In this document: piece by piece, positions 18,990 through 27,081 of the stretch | Numbering within the stretch: position 1 is the first letter of the stretch | Layout: every line of letters starts with the position of its first letter | Source of the DNA: Methanobacteriota archaeon | GTDB taxonomy: Archaea; Thermoplasmatota; Thermoplasmata; SG8-5; DAIRED01 | Reading direction: 5' to 3' | Length of the DNA: 36,808 nucleotides | NCBI GenBank assembly: GCA_043799545.1 | Contig: JAZDNO010000011.1 | Coordinates: 1 to 36,808 of the forward strand | The notes under the pieces: model-generated | What the model was told of the DNA's origin: nothing | Databases searched by the model: none | The model's input: only the letters and a program-made list of their open reading frames with translations | Program-made: the position numbers and the translations under genes

Positions 18990-21900
18990 ATGACCGACTC
19001 TACGCCCGCGACATGGCGCCGGAACATCGGGGCGCTCATCCTAGTGGCAGCGATGGTCCTCTCCGGCATCCCGGCCATCAAGGTCACCGGCGTCGGCACC
19101 GGCACGGAGCCTTTCCTGCCGATCGATTCGGCTCCCGCATACACGTTCAGCGACTTCGCGTGGGCAGACAACGGCACGACGGGACTAGCCGTGGGGAACA
19201 CCTCCGGGGACGGTCGAGTGTACCGTTACACCCCTCGAAACGACGCCTGGACTCCAGTAATCACATCCGCAGTTGATGGGTACAACGGCGTCGACTACCT
19301 TCCGGCGTTCAGCTACGCCGAAGGCTTCGAGGCGGGGACGACCGGTTGGACATTCAAGAACTGGATGGGGACGCTGGCGTGGCACCGGGTCATACCCACG
19401 ACGCTCCCGACACCAGGCTCGTATTCGCACGCCCCAGCCCACGGCGGGTCCTACGACCTCTGGTTCGGCAAAGACGCGACGGGAAATTACGATGATTCCG
19501 GCGCGATCGTGAGGGGAAGCGCGGTATCTCCGAAGATGTTGCTTTCGAACGCCTTCTCGTCGTTCAGCCTCGACTTCTGGCACTGGTATGAGACCGAGAG
19601 CGGCACAAGCTTTGACAGGAGGCAACTTTACATCAAGGACACGATGTCATCCACCTGGGTCCTGTTACAGGATTGGACGACCGGTTATGCGCCATACTCG
19701 AAGGCCTCCATAGACCTGACCCCGTGGATGGGGAAGACAATCCAGCTCAACTTCACCTTCGATTCGGGCGGGGACGGCTCGGTCAACAACATGTGCGGCT
19801 GGCACGTGGACGACATATCCGTGACCTCCAATTCGGGCGTCTTCGTGTACGTCGGCACTACCAGCACAGGGAGTACGGTTTACACCACGGATGGCTATTC
19901 TGGCGTGATGTCGATGGGGCTGACCACCAGCTTCAGGGACGTCGCCTGCGGCGTCAGAGGGAAGTTCATGGCCGTCGGATCGATGGGGGCAGCGCGCTAT
20001 TTCAACGGCACGGCTTGGACGGCAATCACGGGCGCCCTCGCCACCGACACGCTCACGGCAATCGACCACAATGGCACCCACTACTTCGTCGTCGGTTTCA
20101 CCATGGCCGGAGCGGGAGTCTCATATTACATCGCCGACGATGAACTCGCCGCCGGGCGAACCACGTTCCACACAATACCCGACGCCCCGACGGCCAAGCT
20201 TTGGGGCGTCGACTGGAGTAACAACGCGATATCCGAGAGCGGAACCGGAGCCGCGGCGGCCGCCGCCACCGGCAATGTCTACGGATTCGGGAACCCGGAG
20301 CTTTGGAAGCCAATCGGCACGGTCAGCGTCCCGGATGCAAGGTACCGGCACGCGATGTGCTTCGACGATTCGAGCGATACTCTCGTCCTGTTCGGGGGCA
20401 ACGTCAACGGCGTTTACTCGAGCGACACGTGGGAGTACAGCCGATCGTCGGGAACGTGGGGTCTGATTACGCCCACGGGCTCGACCCCGCCCGCGAGGCA
20501 CAGCGCTGGCATGGTCTACGACACTTCCCTTCAAGCGTGCGTGCTCTTCGGAGGGACACAAGTCAGCGGTTATCGCTCCGACACATGGCTTTACTACTCG
20601 CGCAACAACACTTGGTTGAACGTGACCACTGGGGTCTACCCGACTGCGCGCAGCCAGCATTCGATGGCTTACGACCCCAGCTACCAGCGCGTTGTCATGT
20701 TCGGCGGCTACGATGGCTATGGCTACCGCACGGACACCTGGGTATGGCTCAGCGGCACGAAGTCGTGGTCGAACGTGACCTCGGGGCTTACCCCAACGAA
20801 GCGTGGCGGGGCGGCGATGACGTGGGACACTGCGCACGGCAGGGCCATCCTGTTCGGGGGGAGCAACGGCACCTCCAACGCCCAGACGTGGGCATTCGAC
20901 ACGGGTAGCAATACGTGGACCCTCAGGGGGACGGGCCCGATAACCCCTCGGGGCTATGCTGCGATGGCTTACGACCCTCTGAACGACATCCACGTTCTCT
21001 TCGGCGGTTCCTACGCCGGCTACTTGAAGGACACTTGGACGTACAACTACAACGCCAATCTGTGGACGCCCGTAGACACCCACGCCACCCCGCCCGAGCG
21101 TTACGCGTCCCCGATGGCTTACGATTCCGAATCGGGCAGGTTCCTGGTGTTTGGCGGATGGAATGCCGGCGGGTTCTTGAACGACATGTGGCAGTTCTCC
21201 CTCAGGAGCCCGTGGTTCGGCACCGCCGAGGGCACGAAACACGAGACGTTCTACGACGTTGAGTACGGCCCGGACGGCCAGGAAGCGCTGATGGTCGGCC
21301 ACAACACATCCACCAGCACCGCTGTGATATACAAGTGGTCATCCGCAGGAGGCCAGGGCGGCATATCCAAGCTCATACGACCGCTGGATGCTGAGCTCGA
21401 CGACCACATACTCTACGGCGTGGCGTACAATCCAAAGGACGCGGCGGGCAGCGCCATCGCTGTCGGGGCGTCGGCGTTCGCCATATGGCCCAGCAACATC
21501 CAGGCCAGCACTGTGACAGTGGACGTCATCTACTCACACATCGCCTACCTGGACATCTACGACCAGGGCACGATGGCAAGCAGGCTCAACTCGCAGGTCG
21601 ATGTCGACCCGGGCACGGGCACAGTCGCCTACGACCTCGTCGTGCGGGCGTGGAACGTCCTCGGTCAGTCGCAGATAACCCAGGTCGATGCGTACATGTG
21701 GTACTCGGGCGCGGCTGGTGCCGGAACCGAGCCGAGCCCGTTCGAAGTCGCCGGATACGAGAACCAGCGCATACACCTGAGGTGGGTGCGGGGCTCGCCC
21801 GATACATGGGCGCGGGTCTATCCCATGGTCGGCTCGGACGACGAGACGACGCTGATAGTCGGCAGCTGTGCGCGCGTGGACGACGTGGACGGACTGAACG

Positions 21901-22550
21901 TCACATTGAGCTTCCGTTTCTCCCCTCATCAGCAGGTCCGCGCTGCCAACTCGAACTTCGCGTGGAACCAGCCCTCGGGGACGCGCTACGGCGGTGGCGT
22001 GATAGAAGGTCAGTCGAACCCGGCGGCGCTGGACGACGATTTCTGCTGGAACATCAGGGTGGCGGCGACGGACGGGGGAGGCAACGAAGCCAACGCGTAC
22101 GACAACTACGGCTATTTCAAGTACACTTACGTCGGGACGGCTGGCTTGCCGGGCGGTGGCAACGTCTACGGTTCGGGTCCGCCGAGCACATCCATAGTAC
22201 TATCTCCCAGCGACCAGGACGTCACCTTCTGCTCCAACGAGTACTACAGGTTGATGGTGACTGTCACGAACCTCACCGGCCAGTCGACAGGCCAGAGGAT
22301 CCTTCGGACCTCGCTCTCGCTGCAGGGCGGGAACCTCGCCGTGAGCCCGTTCGACATCGTTGGAACGCCGTTGTACATGTTCGGGTCGGCCGTGGGAGTG
22401 ATGGGACCGCGCCCGGATAAACGGACGACGACTACCTCAACCGGCGATGGCCTGCCGGACCTCGATCCGGTCATATGGCGCTGCAACATCCCAAGCGTTC
22501 CCGAGGACAGATACATGGGTACGGCGGTGTACTCGGTGGTGCACTCATGA
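18990..22550 (+). CDS. Array P4: secreted 1186-aa member with an inserted jelly-roll (cleaved-adhesin/MAM-like) domain and six Kelch repeats
   Basis: Signal peptide; jelly-roll segment ~19308-19826 (EGFE...W...FWHWYETE...DLTPW...IQLNFTF...GWHVDDI); six R..H.M.(F/Y)D...LFGG...DTW repeats 20337-21215; shared module with YDNYGYFKYTY and WRCNIPSVPEDRYMGTAVY. Confidence 0.9.
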   Translation: MTDSTPATWRRNIGALILVAAMVLSGIPAIKVTGVGTGTEPFLPIDSAPAYTFSDFAWADNGTTGLAVGNTSGDGRVYRYTPRNDAWTPVITSAVDGYNGVDYLPAFSYAEGFEAGTTGWTFKNWMGTLAWHRVIPTTLPTPGSYSHAPAHGGSYDLWFGKDATGNYDDSGAIVRGSAVSPKMLLSNAFSSFSLDFWHWYETESGTSFDRRQLYIKDTMSSTWVLLQDWTTGYAPYSKASIDLTPWMGKTIQLNFTFDSGGDGSVNNMCGWHVDDISVTSNSGVFVYVGTTSTGSTVYTTDGYSGVMSMGLTTSFRDVACGVRGKFMAVGSMGAARYFNGTAWTAITGALATDTLTAIDHNGTHYFVVGFTMAGAGVSYYIADDELAAGRTTFHTIPDAPTAKLWGVDWSNNAISESGTGAAAAAATGNVYGFGNPELWKPIGTVSVPDARYRHAMCFDDSSDTLVLFGGNVNGVYSSDTWEYSRSSGTWGLITPTGSTPPARHSAGMVYDTSLQACVLFGGTQVSGYRSDTWLYYSRNNTWLNVTTGVYPTARSQHSMAYDPSYQRVVMFGGYDGYGYRTDTWVWLSGTKSWSNVTSGLTPTKRGGAAMTWDTAHGRAILFGGSNGTSNAQTWAFDTGSNTWTLRGTGPITPRGYAAMAYDPLNDIHVLFGGSYAGYLKDTWTYNYNANLWTPVDTHATPPERYASPMAYDSESGRFLVFGGWNAGGFLNDMWQFSLRSPWFGTAEGTKHETFYDVEYGPDGQEALMVGHNTSTSTAVIYKWSSAGGQGGISKLIRPLDAELDDHILYGVAYNPKDAAGSAIAVGASAFAIWPSNIQASTVTVDVIYSHIAYLDIYDQGTMASRLNSQVDVDPGTGTVAYDLVVRAWNVLGQSQITQVDAYMWYSGAAGAGTEPSPFEVAGYENQRIHLRWVRGSPDTWARVYPMVGSDDETTLIVGSCARVDDVDGLNVTLSFRFSPHQQVRAANSNFAWNQPSGTRYGGGVIEGQSNPAALDDDFCWNIRVAATDGGGNEANAYDNYGYFKYTYVGTAGLPGGGNVYGSGPPSTSIVLSPSDQDVTFCSNEYYRLMVTVTNLTGQSTGQRILRTSLSLQGGNLAVSPFDIVGTPLYMFGSAVGVMGPRPDKRTTTTSTGDGLPDLDPVIWRCNIPSVPEDRYMGTAVYSVVHS

Positions 22551-24754
22551 TCCCTCATCGTGGCAGCCTGTACAAGCTCGCGGCCCTGCTGGTCGCGCTG
22601 AGCGCGCTCGCAGCGACGCTCACGCTCGTACCGCCGCGGGCCAAGGCAGCGGACACGCCGAACGAGTGGTTCGACTTCATACCAGGCGCGCCGCCGAGCA
22701 CCGAATTCCACGACGTCGTCTGGACGCCCGACGGTAAAAACGCGTTGTGGGTCGGTATGGACATCTCACTCAGCGAGGCAATCGCATGGTGGTACACCCC
22801 GGACACGGGCACGTGGGTCCAGTCGATATGCGTAGATGACCCGGGATATGTGGTCGGGATGGAGTCGGGGTGCTTCTACACCGCCTGCTATATGGAAGGC
22901 CACCCCTCCTTTGGCAACTGCTTCCTGGTAATGGGCAACTGCGGGGCGGACGGCGTAATCTACATCGTGCAGACAGGGGCGCCAGCCCAGCTCGTCGAGC
23001 AGCACTGGCCAACGGTCGCGAACTTCTGGGCGCAGGGGTCGATTTACAATCCTACCGCGGCATCTCCGTGTATCGAGGTCGTAGGCTTCAAGACGGGCAT
23101 CGGCGCCTTCTGCTATGAATACAGCGTCTTTGCCGAGGACTTCGGTGCCGCGGCGAAGTGCTCGGCCACGGCCTTCGGGACGATGGTGTGGTACGACGTG
23201 GAGCTGGACACATCATTGACACCACCCGATGTCTACTTCGTCGGCAAGGACGGGCTGGGCGGAGGCCTGTACCAGTGCTGGGACACCTCTGCAAACGGAT
23301 GGGTAGCGCTGGGCATCCCCCCGTACTTCGTCCCGTACTGCATCGACTACGATGCGAAGACGGGCTTCATGGTGACCGCCGGTTACTCTCCCAACGCGGC
23401 ATACACATGTTTGTATTATATATTAAAAGGATCATATTTCGACAGCTGGTATTGGATATCGGAGTCGCTGTCGAGCACGGCGGCGTTGCGCGACATCGAT
23501 TTCGACGTTGACGGCAAGGGTGTCGCGGTCGGCGAGTGGTCGGCAAGCGAGGATTACGGTCTCGTCGTCGACATCTGGTGGGACGCCGGCACATACGTCG
23601 TGGTCCAGAGGAGTGACGAGTCCGCGATATATTATCAGAACTACCTCTACGGAGTGGCAATTGTGCCCTTTGGCAACCCCATGGCTTTGATAAGCGGCAC
23701 GGCCTTCAAGTACTACTACAACGCCGCCAGCTCGAACATCCAGGTCGACACGATATTCCCGCACATAGACTACGTAGATTTGTACGACGCCGGTACGACG
23801 ACGAGCCGCCTCAACTCGCAAATCGACGTCGACCCTGGCGACGACTCCACCTGGTACGACCTTGAGGTCCGCACGTGGCACAACTCCGGCAAGGGCAACA
23901 TAGTATCCGCGGACGTGTACATGTGGTACGACTGGGGGGCGGGGGAGAACATCCCGGCACCGTTCGACAATGGCGGATGGGAGAACACGAGGATACACCT
24001 GCGCTGGACTCGCGGAACCCCCGATTCATGGATTCTTATATACCCGTTCCCCGGAAACGACGAGACGACGATAGACAACGCTGCTTGCTCGCGGGTGGAC
24101 GATGGGGCGTCCGACAACGTCACCCTGCGGTTCCGCTTCTCGCCGCACCAGCAGGTGCGTTTCGCGCCGGGCGGATTCTCGGAGGGACCAGGCGTGAGGT
24201 ACGGCGCGGGTAATCCCGAGGACCAGTCGGACCCCCTGGCGCTGAACGACCTGGATTCATGGAACATCCAGGCTGACGTCTACGACGTGGGGGGTGCGCA
24301 GGCTTCGGCGTACGACGAGTTCGGCTTCTACAAATACACATACCTGGGCACGAGCGGGCTTCCAGGCGGCGGGAACGTAATCGGTTCCGGACCGCCGAAC
24401 ACCGTTGCGACGCTCTCGCCGACGGCCGAGGTCGTCTACTCCTCCAACTGCCCATACCAATTGGCCGTGTCGTCGACGGACCTGATCGGGCAGAACTTCG
24501 CAGGAACCATAGCGGCAACGCGGATAGGTGTGATGGGCGGGCAGATTGGCGGAACGGTTTATTTGACTGGCGCGGGAGTCCCTATGTACCTCTGGGGCAA
24601 CGCGGTGCCAACATACCAGGCGCCGAACAACTGGTACCGCACCACGACGATATCCTCGCCAGGCGGCTGGCAGGTGACGTGGTACTGCGACATCCCCGGA
24701 GTGGTGGAAGACTATTACAGGGGCACGATAACGTATTCGATTTGGCACGGGTGA
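22547..24754 (+). CDS. Array P5: secreted propeller-head + shared-module protein with Cys-rich head (735 aa)
   Basis: Start placed at ATG 22547 (ATGA overlap with the P4 stop); signal ending AKA|ADT; PGAP...FHDVVWTPDG; YDEFGFYKYTY; SNCPY; WYCDIPGVVEDYYRGTITY. Confidence 0.88.
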   Translation: MIPHRGSLYKLAALLVALSALAATLTLVPPRAKAADTPNEWFDFIPGAPPSTEFHDVVWTPDGKNALWVGMDISLSEAIAWWYTPDTGTWVQSICVDDPGYVVGMESGCFYTACYMEGHPSFGNCFLVMGNCGADGVIYIVQTGAPAQLVEQHWPTVANFWAQGSIYNPTAASPCIEVVGFKTGIGAFCYEYSVFAEDFGAAAKCSATAFGTMVWYDVELDTSLTPPDVYFVGKDGLGGGLYQCWDTSANGWVALGIPPYFVPYCIDYDAKTGFMVTAGYSPNAAYTCLYYILKGSYFDSWYWISESLSSTAALRDIDFDVDGKGVAVGEWSASEDYGLVVDIWWDAGTYVVVQRSDESAIYYQNYLYGVAIVPFGNPMALISGTAFKYYYNAASSNIQVDTIFPHIDYVDLYDAGTTTSRLNSQIDVDPGDDSTWYDLEVRTWHNSGKGNIVSADVYMWYDWGAGENIPAPFDNGGWENTRIHLRWTRGTPDSWILIYPFPGNDETTIDNAACSRVDDGASDNVTLRFRFSPHQQVRFAPGGFSEGPGVRYGAGNPEDQSDPLALNDLDSWNIQADVYDVGGAQASAYDEFGFYKYTYLGTSGLPGGGNVIGSGPPNTVATLSPTAEVVYSSNCPYQLAVSSTDLIGQNFAGTIAATRIGVMGGQIGGTVYLTGAGVPMYLWGNAVPTYQAPNNWYRTTTISSPGGWQVTWYCDIPGVVEDYYRGTITYSIWHG

Positions 24755-24757
24755 GAA

Positions 24758-26935
24758 ATGGAAAAAGCGAAGAAGCTGGCGGCATTCGCCCTCGCGGCGC
24801 TGATGCTAGCGTCGGCGCTTGCCTTCCCCGCTGAATCCTCGGACACGTCGAACACGTTCTTCGAGGACCTTGCACCCGGCGCACCCTACAACGGCTACAC
24901 CTTCCACGACGTTGCCTGGACTCCGGACGGCGCGTGGGCGCTGTTCGTCGGCACGGGCGGCGGGTTCGCGAGGGCGGCGTGGTACAATGCTAACACGAAC
25001 ACATGGTCAAGCGCGTACGCAGGAACCAGCACCGTGATACTGTCCTCGGTCTGCTACGACCCCAGCACGACTCGGTTCATCACGCTCGGGAACAACGCTG
25101 CATCGGGATCCATCTTCTACGTAACTGCCTTGGGCGGCACCTTGCAGGTAGGCTCAAACGCCCAGTTGGCATACGTCACCATAAACGATATGGTTTACTC
25201 GACGTACGCCGGCGGCATCATCGCCGTGGGCAAGAGGGTATCCCCGGGTACGCCGACCGGACCTGTAGCCTTCAGGATAGCCACCGCTGGGATGTCTGTG
25301 AACGCGTACATAGACGACACTACGGCACATCCGTCTGGTGAATGGTACGGAGTGGATGGGTACAGCAACGCATTCTACTTCGTCGGATACGGCGGCGACG
25401 GGTACAACCTATTCCACTACACCGTCGCCGGGACAAAGTATTCTGGCAACATGTCCGTTCAGGGATTCTTTCAGGACGTGGCCGTGGACACATCGACAAC
25501 TCCCATGAAGCTCTACATCGTTGCCGGGAGTCGCAACGCCAATGTCAAGGGTATATGGACGACCGCCCTCAGCGGATCTGTGCCGTCGACCACCTTGAAC
25601 GGCCACGGCTCAATCCCGCAGGCGAACCAGTTCTATGCGGTGTCCATGGACAAGAGCGGCGTCTCGCCCGGGCGGGCCGTCATCGTCGGATACAACGGCT
25701 CTTACGGTCTCGTGTACGACGCCTGGACCGACGTTTCGGGGAGCGTACGGGTGGCCCAGCGCAGCAGCAGCATCGCGCTCTTCGCGGCAAAGCAATTGAG
25801 GGGCGTAGCCACCCGGCCGTCCGGCATACCGTTCGCCCTCGTCGCCGGCTCGGCGTTCAAGTATTCATACATGTCCGCTCCGTCAAATATACAGGTGGAC
25901 ACGGTCGTCCCGCACATCGCCTACATTGAACTTTACAATGCGGGCACTCTCACGAGCAAGCTCAACACTCAGATTGATGTGGATTCCGGCAGCGGCGACC
26001 TCGAGTACGACCTCGTGGTGAAGGCGTGGTCCAACGCCGGCCAGGCCAACATCGCACAGGTCAACGCATACCTGTGGTACGACGGCGGCTCGAACGAAAC
26101 CTTCCCGTCTTGGGGCGGTTCGGGCTTCACCTCGCCAGGGTACGAGAACTTGCGCGCGACATTCCGCTGGCTCCGTGCAGGCAACGCCTTCTCTATCGAA
26201 TACCCCCTCACGGGCGAGACTACGCTGGACGTGGCCGCCTGCACTTTCACGGACGAGCCGGACCTGAAGAACGTCACGGTAAAATTCAGATTCTGCCCGC
26301 GCCAGCAGGTCCGTTTCGCGGACGGCCCATTCGGGCCCGAGGGACCGGGAATGCGTTACAGCTTCGTCCCCGAGGGACAGACCGGCTCGGCCCTGAACAA
26401 TTTCGACAGCTGGAACATCCAGATGACCGTGTGGGACATCGGGGCATCGCAGGCGAACGGCTTCGACGAGTTCGGGACGTTCCGGTACACCTACATTGGC
26501 AGCGCTGGCTTGCCCGGCGGAGGGAACCTGTACGGCGCGGGTCCGCCGAACACGCTCATCACGCTCTCCCCCGGCGACGAGAACGTGACCTTCAGCGCCA
26601 ACTGCCCGTACCAGCTCCTGCTCAGGATTACCGACATGCCCGGCCAGACCGGCCCCGACACGATTCCGGCGACCGCGCTTGATGCGATGGGCGGGGCGAA
26701 CATAACCTCTTACACGCCGTTCCCCGGAGCAGGACAGCCCCTGTGCCTCATAGGGGCAATCGCCCCGAATCCAGTTTGGTTTTACTATCCGCAGAACACT
26801 GGCCTGACGACTACGACTTCAAACGCGGACTTCAACGGTGCGTCCTGGGAGCCCGTGATGGTGCGATGCAACATCCCGAACGTGGTCGAGGACAGGTACC
26901 TCGGGATAGCGACATACTCGGTGGTGCATCCATGA
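24758..26935 (+). CDS. Array P6: secreted propeller-head + shared-module protein (725 aa)
   Basis: Signal peptide; PGAP...FHDVAWTPDGAWALFVG; GSAFKYSY; VDTVVPHI; FDEFG; ANCPY; RCNIPNVVEDRYLGIATY. Confidence 0.88.
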   Translation: MEKAKKLAAFALAALMLASALAFPAESSDTSNTFFEDLAPGAPYNGYTFHDVAWTPDGAWALFVGTGGGFARAAWYNANTNTWSSAYAGTSTVILSSVCYDPSTTRFITLGNNAASGSIFYVTALGGTLQVGSNAQLAYVTINDMVYSTYAGGIIAVGKRVSPGTPTGPVAFRIATAGMSVNAYIDDTTAHPSGEWYGVDGYSNAFYFVGYGGDGYNLFHYTVAGTKYSGNMSVQGFFQDVAVDTSTTPMKLYIVAGSRNANVKGIWTTALSGSVPSTTLNGHGSIPQANQFYAVSMDKSGVSPGRAVIVGYNGSYGLVYDAWTDVSGSVRVAQRSSSIALFAAKQLRGVATRPSGIPFALVAGSAFKYSYMSAPSNIQVDTVVPHIAYIELYNAGTLTSKLNTQIDVDSGSGDLEYDLVVKAWSNAGQANIAQVNAYLWYDGGSNETFPSWGGSGFTSPGYENLRATFRWLRAGNAFSIEYPLTGETTLDVAACTFTDEPDLKNVTVKFRFCPRQQVRFADGPFGPEGPGMRYSFVPEGQTGSALNNFDSWNIQMTVWDIGASQANGFDEFGTFRYTYIGSAGLPGGGNLYGAGPPNTLITLSPGDENVTFSANCPYQLLLRITDMPGQTGPDTIPATALDAMGGANITSYTPFPGAGQPLCLIGAIAPNPVWFYYPQNTGLTTTTSNADFNGASWEPVMVRCNIPNVVEDRYLGIATYSVVHP

Positions 26936-26955
26936 TGACATTTATTCATATCTGT

Positions 26956-27057
26956 GGGAGGGAACACTCATGAACAAAAGGGCGATGGTGGGTGAACATT
27001 CCTGGAGTGGTGGAAGACAGCTACGTCAGCCAGGTGACGTGGAGCTTGACGAATTGA
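26956..27057 (+). pseudogene. Deletion remnant of a ninth array gene (RBS + first codons fused out of frame to the last 23 codons)
   Basis: GGGAGGGA RBS, ATG 26970 (MNKRAM), then 26986-27057 encodes WWVNIPGVVEDSYVSQVTWSLTN* in another frame, matching the P7 and P8 C-termini. Confidence 0.8.
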
Positions 27058-27081
27058 GGTCAATAATATGAAAATGGAGGC

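Noticed and set aside
26986-27059. Scar as a diversity-generating retroelement template repeat for the P7/P8 tails
   Set aside because: Some mismatches fall on scar adenines, but one is T vs A. The repeat is only ~74 nt, covers the conserved rather than the variable part, and no reverse transcriptase is in the window.
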